The position numbers were made by a program, and so were the translations under genes. Below are positions 12,998 to 23,380 of a DNA stretch of 64,000 bases, piece after piece (within the stretch, counting starts at the first letter, position 1; each line of letters opens with the position of its first letter). Source of the DNA: Prorocentrum cordatum (lineage: Eukaryota); the NCBI GenBank assembly GCA_963575745.1, contig CAUYUJ010000192.1:558001-622000 (forward strand). The letters are read 5' to 3'. The notes beneath the pieces were generated by a model. It was given only the letters and a program-made list of their open reading frames with translations, was not told where the DNA came from and ran no database searches.

Positions 12998-14237
12998 GCC
13001 ACAGCAGCTCGAGAGCAGGAGAAGCCAAAATCCCTCGTCTGGCCTGGCAGACGAGGAGGAGCACTGTGGGGGCCGCTGCTCCCCCCTTGCCAGTGAGACT
13101 ACGCTCCTCTCTGCGCTGATGACGTGCGGAAGATATCCGGCCCCGCTCCGCGTTCTGTTTTTTACTCGCAAGATTTCCTGGAAATGGGATTTTGCTTTGG
13201 TTGGTTTTCAAAATGTTGCCCCTGATCAAGTGCTGGCCCCAATTCTGCGCCTCTGATTGTTGCAAACCGTGCTCCCGCTGCAGCGCGGGCCTTCTCGGTC
13301 CTTCCAGATAGGCCCCAAAATCTAGTAAAGACCCCCTCGAAAAAACCATCGGAAGTGATTCCACATTCGGTGCCGATTCGTTGATTTTTGGGCCGCAAGC
13401 CCCCCCCACACTTTGGGGCGTCGTCGCTTTCAGGACGTATCAAGCGGGAGTACCGTTTCTGCCTTTCTGCTTTGAGAAGAGGATGTTGAAAGCAGAGGCA
13501 AGGGGTGCTCTCCATCAGCCGCGCCTTCTGGAGCTTTCCGGGGAGCCTGCGGATCTAGACATGGGGCCACGACTCCAGACTAGCCCAGACGTCTCGACGA
13601 CGATCCGCTTACACACCAAGGAACCTGGCGCCATGCCATGACATGCTGTGCGGTGTTATGTTCTGCGCCGATGTGCGATGCCATGATTTGCGTTGCAGTG
13701 CTTTGCGATGCAACACTTCACTGCGCAGTGCCACGCCATGCTGTGGCACGCCACGCTCTGCCGTGCTCTTCTGCGCCATGCCATGCCGTGCTCTACCGTG
13801 CATCGCCGATGCATCGCGTACCCTCTCGCGATCATTGCCCTGCTCGACATCCGACTGTGCGAATAGAGAGAATACATCGACGCCAGGGTAAGGGACGGGA
13901 TGGAGGGGTAAAACGTCAGATACGACGCGAGCGCACCTAGCTTGTCCCTCCTCCCTTCTCCCTTCTCCCTCCTCCTTTCTCCTCCTTCCTCCCTCCTCCC
14001 TCCTCCGTCCTCCGTCCTGCGTCCTCCGTCCTCTTCCTCCTCGTCCTCCTCCTCCCCTCCCTCCTGCTCCTGCTCCTCCGACTAAGGGGGGGCGAGTGGG
14101 CCCAACACCGTGCCTCCGTCGATGAAGTCTGCACCGCATGGCAACCCTCACATGGCTGGGATATACAAGGACGGACCAGAAAGTGAAGGTTAGACGGGGA
14201 GACACTGTGCATCGCACGCATCACCCAATCGGCCTGC

Positions 14238-14321
14238 CTTCGTCAACTTTGTGACGTTGCGGAGGTCCGACATCATGTTTCCAGCGAACTGGTACACGGC
14301 GTTGCTCGTCTTGTCTGCGAC
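14238..14321 (-). CDS. Host gene exon h (VADKTSNAVYQFAGNMMSDLRNVTKLTK)
   Basis: agccaag|GTC GCA GAC AAG...ACG AAG|gcaggc; 84 nt; with exon g gives YVAD..SNAVYQF, typical of NHL/SMP-30 blades. The donor could alternatively lie 4 nt further on. Confidence 0.88.
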
Positions 14322-15169
14322 CTTGGCTGCCCACACCGCAGCAGGGCCGATTGAGACATCGGCGGCCCTCCTCCACCTCCTCCTCCTCCTCCTCCACCCG
14401 TGCACTCTGAGGAACCCTGGGGGCGCCCTCGGGAATCCAAGACGGCACCGCACCGACACGGCGCACCCGAGAAGCCGCGCTGCCTGTGCGGGCACGCGGC
14501 GCCCGACGACGAGCCCCTGCACCGGCGCAGCACGCAGCGAGGCACCTCTCCGGGAAAAACCCGGGCACGGCACAGAGCGAGGCGGGCGGCCACGGCACGC
14601 GGGACACGGCACGGCACGCGGGCCACGGCGCGTCATGGCCCGCGGGCGGCAACGGCTTCGCACTCTGGGGGCCAGAACTCGCCATGCTCGAAGGAGCTCG
14701 AGGTGTTGTTCGCGCCAATTGTTGCTGCTGCTCCTCGGGGGCTCAAGCTCTGGACCGAACGCACCGAAGCCCGCACGCCCAGCGACGGGCAGAAGGGCAG
14801 CTCGATGAAACGCGTTCGCCGCGGAGGTCCCCACGGGTTCATCTGACTGTCTGGCACGTCCCGCTGCGAAAGTTCGGCTGTGAGCGGAATGTACGGACGT
14901 GAGGGTCAAGCCGAGATGGACGGATGTGAAGGTCAAGCTGAGTGGACCACGACACGACAACGACGGCAGGCTGCGTTACAACGACGACGACTGCTCACAG
15001 ACATACAGGCGGTAATCATGCAAACCACCGAGCAGGCTGACCACCTGAGAAAACCCGGGAAACTGACACCAGCAAACCACCCGAGACATCCTCACGACCT
15101 GCTCTGAAAGGAAAAACGAAGCTGCTGGATACCGAAACAGGCAAACCGCCTGAGACGCCCCCACAATAT

Positions 15170-15331
15170 TTAAGGGGCCCAGGGACACACAAATAAATAG
15201 ACACATATCCCAGGATTCCACATACTTCCCCATATATTCTGGATTATCGTCTCCTCCCCATTTCCCATATGTTGCCATAATTTCATGCGGGTCGCTGATT
15301 AATGTTGCCTGTGTGTTCTTTCCCCTGCTGA
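15170..15331 (+). mobile_element. About 150-165 bp TGAAGGGG...CCCCTCCTGA element; other copies 23036-23199, 25894-26039, ~29901-30056, 56725-56887
   Basis: Conserved gggacacaca...tgtgtctgtgt interior; flanking duplications acaatat, tgtgct/tgtgtt, tttgt, tcaac. Confidence 0.85.
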
Positions 15332-15739
15332 ACAATATGGGCGCAAACAGGCCCGTGAAAACACCCTGGTGGCTCCCCCCCTTGGGAGTACTGAGATAAC
15401 CGCCTCGCCCGAAACATCCTCGCACTCTGCGAGCTTGTGGGTAACATATTCTGAGCATGAGCGAGCTTGAGCATGAAAGTGAGTGGTGAATCTGAATGTA
15501 AGCGAGTGTGTGAACGAGCGAGTGTGAGTGTGAGTGGGTCTGAATGTGAGCGAGTATGAGTGTGAGTAAAATCTGAGTGCGTGTGATAAAGTCAGAGCGC
15601 ACGTGAATCTGAGAATGGCTGAGTCTGAGTATGAGTGAGTCTGAGTGTGAGTCAGTCTGAGTGTGAGTCAGTCTGAGCGTGAGAAACTACGAGTGCGAGT
15701 GACACTGAGTATGGCTGAGTCTACGCGTGAGTGAGTCTG

Positions 15740-18700
15740 AGTAGTTCGGTCAGACCACAACAACCGCAGCAATCGAACGCATCCATCCGACGCGCCTTGC
15801 CGGGTCACCGCGCACGGCGTGCTCTCGAAATCTACGCAGCCGAAAGCCTTCTTGAAGTCGATGGTAGATATCCAAAGATTTCGCCGCCAATCGCAACGCG
15901 TCTCCTGCAATGCTGCCCCGCGAAGAGATGGTGCGCAGCGCCGACGCCAACCCTGGGCCCCGCTCGGCGCGGGGATTGACGTTTCTCCAGAACGGGGCAC
16001 GGCCTCGAGTGCAAGAGCTTCGCGAAAAAAATACATAGAACCGGCATTATTGCAGCGGGCCTGCAGTTCGCGGCTTTCGCGGGGTCGCCAGACATGCGCG
16101 CGGTGGCGACAGCGGACTTGCCCCGTGCTCGCGGTGGCAGGCCCTTGGGCGAGATGGCGTTGTTGCGCAGCTGCAGAAATCTTTCAGCTGCTCCGCCGCC
16201 ATCCTTGACCATTCTCGCCGCGAGTCCACGCCCGTCTTTGAACGCGCCTCGCCGCTGCCCCCGGACGTCTGCCCTCAAGTTCGCCCGGCGCGAACTCCAA
16301 AATGTCATCGGAAAAACTGGTTGCATCAGAGCGCTTGGCCGGCTCGGCGCTTGCACAGGAATGCTAGCCCGAATAAAGATCCGCAAAGACATGTGCAATA
16401 GACTGCCCGTCGGCGCGCGCAGCTCCAGCGTCGCCCACCGCGTGCGCGATGGGCCGCTTCTGCTCGGCTGTCTGCGCAATGGGGATCTTTATGCAATCGC
16501 GGAAAGAATCCAAGAGCGCACTGATTGTTGAGGCGGCCCCTTCTCGTCGCACCGCTCGGACCCCCCTCGACATTTGCTTGCTCAGCGACGCCCTTCCCCA
16601 GGCTTGGTCTCGCAGTCAAGATTTCCGCTGCTCCAGCGAGCGACGCAATCTGGATTCGCCGCCGCTGCAGACGACGCGGCGACGTCGATTGCACTCAGCT
16701 GACACGCGAACTCCAACAATATCTTGCATTTGCCGACGGCATCATCCGGGGCTTCAAGTCGCGAGCCTTCCCGTCGATGGACTCTGCGCAAGCGCGCGCC
16801 CGCGGATGCCCAACTCGCGATCTGATTCGCGATTGCCCTCCTCACGCCGGTGCGGGATGGCATACCTGAACTCGGCAAGAACGCATTCACGGTCGCTTCG
16901 CACGTTCAGAGACAGATCCGCGCAAGAGTCCACGACGCCCAATAAAAGCTTCACATCGACCAACGATGAATTAATATGTTTAGCATTACCACTTGCACCT
17001 GCCCGCGCCACCACGCCACCCCGCCCCTTGTAGAAAAACGCGCTCGCGATGCATGGCCATCTGGTGCACGCGCAACATTTCAACCGATGGTCTCTAGCAT
17101 TGGCCTCCCCGATCCCGAATGCACCGATGGCGCTTCGTACGTCGCCCTCTTCTCTGCTACCCGCTTGCGCGTTGAAGTCGCCAAGCAGCACCGAGCGATC
17201 ACTCCCGACGTGCGCTCCTCAATAAGCCTCCGACAAGGAGTCGCACAATCTCTGCGAACGCGTGTCTCCATAGCCAGAACGAAGGAAATCTGCAGTCGTC
17301 AACAGCATGCGCAAAGATCCACATAGTGCACCAACAATCATGTTGCCTTGAAATTATGGTAGAAAATTCGCACGCCAGGGGCCCAGCGGCGGCGAATAGT
17401 AGGTGCCAGAAACAACACATAGGACTGTCACTCAAAGGGTTTTGGCACCACCGCAGGCGCAGCGCACGAGCACCCATGCCACTGGGCCCCCAGCGATCGG
17501 GCCCGGGGTTGATGCGCGGCCGCGCTCTAAGATGCAGTTAAAAGACATAATGCGGCAGCGCTGTCGGCGGCGACAGGATCCCAAATTCCGCTGCCAACTG
17601 GCATTACATGGAGCTCCGGCACAGCCACGCCAGCATGCAACGTCAGTTTGTTCGCCAGTTGACAGCAGCACGCGTCGCAGCAGCAGAACGCAGTTGCGCG
17701 CGAGGGCACGCGGGGCCGGCGACGCCGCTGGCCAGCTGCCAACGCGAGTTCGGCATCACAGCCAAAATCCACGCAGGATCGCGTTGGGCGCGGTATTCGG
17801 CGCAGCTGCGTCGCACTGCCAGGCGCCGCGGCCTTGCGCTTGCAGCGCCGAGCCCCGCGCGTCCCTCGAGGCGGGAAAACAAGCCCCGCGCCGAGGGGTC
17901 GCGCGTGCTCTTGCGGGGCCGGCGAAAACGACCGCACGCAGAAGAAATTGCCGCGCGCGCCCCCCGCGCCGGCACTGCGACCAGACCGCGCGCAGAGGAA
18001 TTGCACGAGACTTCGCGGCGCACAAAGGAATTGCAGCCACGCCCTTTGGGTTGCGCCTTTCGCGCGCGGCGACAGCTCCGAGCTGGATAGGTAGGGGGGG
18101 CGGGGCAAGGCGAAGCAGAGGAAAGGGAAAAGGAAAAGGAGGGCGAGAAAGAAGCGAAGGAAGCAACGGGAGTCAGCCAGGGCGCGCGCCAGCGAAGCTA
18201 ACGCTGCGCGCCGAGACAATTGCTCTTCGTTCGGTTGGCCGCGCGGCATACGAATAAGCAAATATTGCTGCCGATCGAAGGGGGGCTTCTGGGATGGGGG
18301 CTCGCGCTCCCTTCCCAACCCCCTTTTCCTGCGCCCCGCCGCGAGCGCGCGGCGATGTGCCCTACCGACACTCGATGGCGAGCGGCCTTTCCGCCCGTCA
18401 CGCGGCTCAGACAAACGCGGCCAGCTAGACGCACTTGCCGCGCGAACCGCCAGCTCCAAACGCCGACGCCACCCCGATTCCCGCATCCGTTCCGGGCGCC
18501 CTCTCTTCGACGCCCCCTTCCGGCGTCAAACCCATGCAGCCAATTGTGTTTATGTTTTTTCCTGTTCTGAAATGAGAACGCCAACGCCGCGCGATCGCCG
18601 GCCCCGGCCGCGCCCGGCGAAAGCGCGCCCGGCATGCAAGTTGCTACAGGCCGCCGCGTCTCGTTCGAGCATGCGAAATCCCACTGGATATTCTGTAGCT

Positions 18701-18760
18701 CCAACAATAGCTCTGCCATCCGGTCGCCCGGAATGAGGCCCCCGACATTCAAATCAGGGG
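15740..18760 (-). mobile_element. Decayed RTE-like LINE ORF2 (APE+RT), interrupted at about 17530-18650
   Basis: NVGGL...ELQNIQWDFACSNETRR (~18750), LLGDFNAQAG, GAFGIGEANAR, NVRSDREC (16880-17190), RT LWISTIDFKKAFGCVD (~15850). Confidence 0.85.
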
Positions 18761-19549
18761 CAGCAGCGTGGAATGGGAATTCCCCGCTGCGCGGAGAACC
18801 GCGGGCCGCGCCCGGAGGCCGCGAGGAGGGCGTCCACCTCCGCGCCCAATATCCTCCTCGACGTCCACCACCTCATCCTCATCCGCCCTCCGCAACAAGC
18901 ACCTGCTCGCGCGCCTTCTCTAGCAGCGCCACCCTGGCATCCCCCTCCCCGTCGCCGTCCTCCTCCTCCTACGCCTTCTAGCCACCCTGGTCCCCCTCCT
19001 CCTCCTCCTCCTCCTCCTCCTCCTCCTCCTCCTCTCCTCCTCATCCTGCCGTTCGTCATCCTCCTCCTCCTGCTCCCCCCCCCGCTTGCCTCCCCCTCGC
19101 CCCCCCCCCCCCCCGCCTGCCCTGCGCCAGATCACGAATCAAACGCGGCAGAACTGCCGAATAAGACGGCGACGATGCACCTACTTCCGCGGGCAGCTTG
19201 CGCGCGGGTGAACGCGCAATCGATCCCCGCGGCATCGCCCCCCCAACTTCAAAGTAGGCGGCGCAACGGACCGCTTCTGTCAAAGCCTCGTCCCCCCCTC
19301 GGGGGCGCTTAACCCACCCATTCCGCTAGCAGACCGTGGAGGCCTTGGATCAGGAATCCAGGGTCTGGAGCCTGTGGAGATCCACTTGCGTGGAAGGGGG
19401 GGGGGCAGAAGTTGTCCGCCCCCAATCGCTGCGAGCTCTCTGCCCTCCCTCCGCCCTCCCCTCCCCCCCCCTACTTCCTCCTTCCCGGCCCCCCCCCCCC
19501 GCCGCCCCCCCGCGCTTCCTCCGCCTCAGATCCCCCGGAAGGGGGGTTG

Positions 19550-20795
19550 CGTTTGCGCGCCGGCGGGCGGGTTGAAAGGCGTCGCCCAGTTGCGGTTGCG
19601 TCTGCGCGCCCGCGGGCGGCCTGAAATGCGGCGCCCAGTTGCAGTTGCGCGCCCGCGGGCGGGTTGAAATGCGTCGCCCAGTTGCGGTTGTGCGCCCGCG
19701 GGCGGTTTGAAATGCGTCGCTCAGGCGCGTTTACGGTTGCGCGCCCGCGGGCGGGTTGAAGTGCGTCGCCCAGAAGCGCCTGCGGTTGCGCGCCCGCGGG
19801 CGGATCGAAATGCGCCCCCCAATCGCCTCCGCGCGCCCGCGAGCGGGTTGAAATGCGTCGCTCAGGTGCGGTTGCCGCGCCCGCGGGCGGGTTGGAATGC
19901 GCCGCCCAGTGACGATTGCGGTTGCGCGCCCGCGGGCGGGTCGAAATGCGTCGCCCAGTTGGGCGCGCGGTTGCGCGCCCGCGGGCGGGTTGAAATGCGT
20001 CGCCCAGTTGCGGTTTCGCGCCCGCGGGTGGGTTGAAATGCGTCGCCCAGGTGCGGTTGCAGTTGCGCGCCGGCGGGCGGGTTGGAATGTGTCGCCCAGG
20101 TGCGGTTGCGGTTGCGCGCCCGCGGGAGGGTCGAAATGCGTCGCCCAGTTGGGTTTGCGGTTGCGCGCCCTCGGGCGGGGTTGAAATGCGTCGCCCAATA
20201 GCGGCTGCGCGCCCGCGGGCGGGTTGACATGTGCCGCCCAGTTGGGGTACCGGTTGCGCGCCCGCGGGCGGGTCAAAATGCGGCGCCCAGTTGCAATCGC
20301 GGTTGCGCGGGTTGAAATGCGTCGCCCAGTTGCGGTTGCGCGCCCGCGGGCGGTTTGAAATGTGTCGCCCAGGTGCGGTTGCGGTTGCGCGCCCGCGGGC
20401 GGGTTGAAATGCGTCGCCCAGGTGCGGTAGCGGTTGCGCTCCCGCGGGCGGGTCGAAATGTGTCGCCCAGTTGCGGTTGCGGTTGCGCGCCCGCGGGCGG
20501 GTTGACATGTGTCGCCCAGTTGCGTTTGCGCTTGCGCGCACGCGGGCGGGGTGAAATGCGGCGCCCAGTTGCAATCGCGGTTGCACGCCCGCGGGCGGGT
20601 TGAAATGCGTCGCCCAGTTGCGGTTGCGCGCCCGCGGGCGGTTTGAAATGTGTCGCCCAGGTGCGGTTGCGGTTGCGCGCCGGCGGGCGGGTTTGAATGT
20701 GTCGCCCAGGTGCGGTTGCGGTTGCGCGCCCGCGGGCGGGTCGAAATGCGTCGCCCAGATGCGGCTGCGCGCCCGCGGGCGGGTTGAAATGCGTC
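19550..20795 (+). repeat. 38-46 bp GC-rich minisatellite, roughly 28 units
   Basis: Unit gcgcgcccgcgggcgggttgaaatgcgtcgcccagttgcggtt. Confidence 0.95.
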
Positions 20796-20949
20796 GGTCG
20801 AGGCGCCCTCCTGACGTTCAGTCAGTCAATCTCTCAACTGGCACCAGTGGGCACGGAATTGCACCCGGCTCCGCGGGGAATGGAGAATGTTCAAATAAGG
20901 CGGTGTCTGAATCGTGTTTTTTTGTTTTTCGTGTGATGCGGTGCACTTG

Positions 20950-21306
20950 ATGCTCTCTCCTGCACTTGCCGCGTCTTTACGCCACGCAGCGCTGCCAGAG
21001 GAAGACACCCACATACATCATGGCATCGTGCTCACCCTCCCCCGCTTGATGCAATGACCTTTGCAAGTCAAGCGTCATCCTTATTCCGCACCTCGATCCC
21101 ATCCTCACTGCATGTATCGGCTGTCTCCTCTACCTGCTCCCCCGGCGCCTTATACTTCATAGTGCCTCCCTCCACCCGCGCAGCCTTTTTGCCATTCGAC
21201 GTGATCACCCCGCTGATCCATAATATTCACGCCCTCCATGTCCTAGCCGAGGTTCCCATTGAGCATACGTTTGAAGTTTCCATTTCGTTTAGACTCCACG
21301 ATTTTT

Positions 21307-21355
<49 letters not shown>

Positions 21356-22215
21356 AATAAAAATCAACAAAAAAACGGGTCGTTCCACGAGAGCGCCATG
21401 TCGGAGCCGCTCGTCCACTTGTGTGGCTATTGCAGTTCACCTTCTTCAGGAAACCAAGCTTGGCCGCGATACCTTTGAGCACGCGACTCCGAAGTTGGAT
21501 GGGCCGTTGGATGTTGTTACTTCGTGCACTTGCTACTCATCCCACTCCCTTCTACCACTACTCTGACCTCCTATACGATGTCACCCTGGCCCATCTCCTC
21601 TCCGAGGCCTTTGACAATCACGTGTATATCCCGTTTGTCGTCGTCGTCATCGTTCACCTGACTGTCCTCCCGGGTAGTCGGGTTATGCACCACTCGCGCA
21701 AGAAACGCCTTTTGATGGACTCGCTCTTCCGCCACGTTCTTCATGGAGTCCCGGATGTTTTTTCGCACATCCTTCAGGTCGTACTCGAGCTCGTTCTCCT
21801 TCTCAGTCATACTGGTCATCTCGCCACTGGCGTTCTTCGCCTCTCGAAGGTTTTCCCTGCGGTGTCGCTGGCGATCTGGGCCGTCTGCTCAAATTTGTTC
21901 AGCTTCTCCTCTGTCTCCTTCTTAATGGCTTTCACGTCCTTCCTCATTCCCTTCATCATGCACATCATGGTCCTGATCATGCTTGTCATGTCCATCTTCT
22001 CTCCTTGCCCATCACTCCCAACACCCAACTCGCCGTCCTTATCGTCATCGGCATTCAGCGTGTTCGCCAACTTCTTGTATGGAACCTCAGGGTGGCTGCC
22101 CTGCGGCTTCAATTTGAGGCTCTTATACTTGTCGCTGCCATGCTCCAGTACTTGTCGCTGCCATGCTGCGCTTGATGCTGCTTGATGCTGCGAAGGAACC
22201 TTGAGCCAGAAGTGG
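20950..22215 (-). mobile_element. Decayed LINE 5' end/ORF1 remnant, related to the 47.7-51.7 kb element
   Basis: Coiled-coil-like MMKGMRKDVKAIKKETEEKLNKFEQ then DIHVIVKGLGEEM; shares MMKGMRKD with 51420-51450; (TA)n insertion at 21309-21352. Confidence 0.7.
22200..22215 (-). other. DinoSL-like relic CCACTTCTGGCTCAAG
   Basis: Matches the relict SL CCATTTTGGCTCAAG with 1 insertion and 1 mismatch; lies about 35 nt upstream of the first ATG of the ORF1 remnant. Confidence 0.6.
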
Positions 22216-23338
22216 AGGAACAGAGAGAGTACACGGACATAAACGCTCGGAGGTCCGCGCGGATTTCTTGGATCCGCGCTTGACCCCTTCTAATATGTGG
22301 CAGGCTCAGCGCGATGGGGGCGGCGCCGGAGGCGCTGCCAGGCGGGCCAGAGCAGATCCAAGACATCCGCGCGAACTTTCGGAAGTCTAGGTTCGTACAG
22401 TTCCGTAGAGGATTGGAGATTGTCACCGATACAAAGCGTTGCCTTCACCGGGGAAGATGATGCTATATGTTTGGATGGGTGGGGGAATCTTCCGGCCGCC
22501 CGAAAAGCCCGAATATATCCAGAATCGCCGAGATCAGGATTAGATTTCCTCGGTGGAGGCGCACAGCATGTATTGATTCACAAGCGGCAAACATATCCGC
22601 ATCCGCGCCCTCGCGGTCTAGATTCTAATGCAATGCACGATCCCGCGGATACGCGGTCGCACCGATACGTTCCGCGCGGGGCATCCGCGGACAAAAAGAA
22701 AGTCTTCGCTGGGTTGCGGCCCAAGGGGCCCAGCCCGCGAGGCCGCGGATACGAGCAGGCACTTCGCGAGCAGCGGAACGCGCTTGGTGAACCAACCTGT
22801 GGGCCTCCGAGTGTACCTCCGACGACGGCCCACAAGGTGGCCACGGGGGCGTGACTTTCGGTGACCCAACAGGGGGTCCAGCTGAAAAGGGGTGGTGCAA
22901 TAGATGTGGGGCAATTGTATTACAAATGCATTGCGCCGGAGAACTGGATTACGTTGTGTTGCAAGCAATGTGCTGCATGCGAAAATCCAGCAACACATCT
23001 GCGCCCGGGAATGTACTGCACGCCCCAAGTGTGCTTGAAGGGGTCCCAGGACACACAAATAAATACACACAAATGAAAAGATTCCCCACATTTGCTAGAT
23101 GTTTGGGGTCTTCGTCTTCCCGCCCCCCTTCCCGTATTTTCACATATTTTCTGGGGGATCGACGATTCATTGTGTCTGTGTGTGTTTTTCCCCTCCTGAT
23201 GTGTTGCAGCCCCACGAATCTGTTGCACCAAATCTACTGCACCACCCCCTTGTCGCCGGACCCCCTTCCTGGGCCAACCCGAACGGGGTGGCCACGGGGG
23301 CCTGCCGTCGCCCCGCCCCCCCCCCCCGAGGCCCCCGC

Positions 23339-23380
23339 GTACACGGTCCCGTCGCCGTCGTAGGTGCAGCCGCGCGGCTC
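23339..23380 (-). CDS. Host gene exon g (EPRGCTYDGDGTVY)
   Basis: cggcgag|GAG CCG CGC GGC TGC ACC TAC GAC GGC GAC GGG ACC GTG TAC|gcgggg; 42 nt; NHL-like PRG...DGDGTVY motif. Confidence 0.9.

Larger units (their letters stand above)
8429..13120 (-). mobile_element. Near-intact two-ORF non-LTR retrotransposon (APE-type LINE); 3' end lost in assembly gap
   Basis: ORF1 plus ORF2 with endonuclease and RT motifs and no internal stops apart from one frameshift. 5' boundary approximate; no TSD can be assessed. Confidence 0.93.

Noticed and set aside
11710..13002. 430-aa ORF overlapping ORF1 in another frame
   Set aside because: Arg/Ser/Trp-rich shadow frame typical of GC-rich coding DNA; no motifs.
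13110..13190. Hammerhead ribozyme suggested by CTGATGA
   Set aside because: Antisense to the LINE, with no properly placed GAAA or stems I/III.
19550..20795. CRISPR array suggested by the GTTGAAA motif
   Set aside because: No unique spacers; the whole unit repeats.
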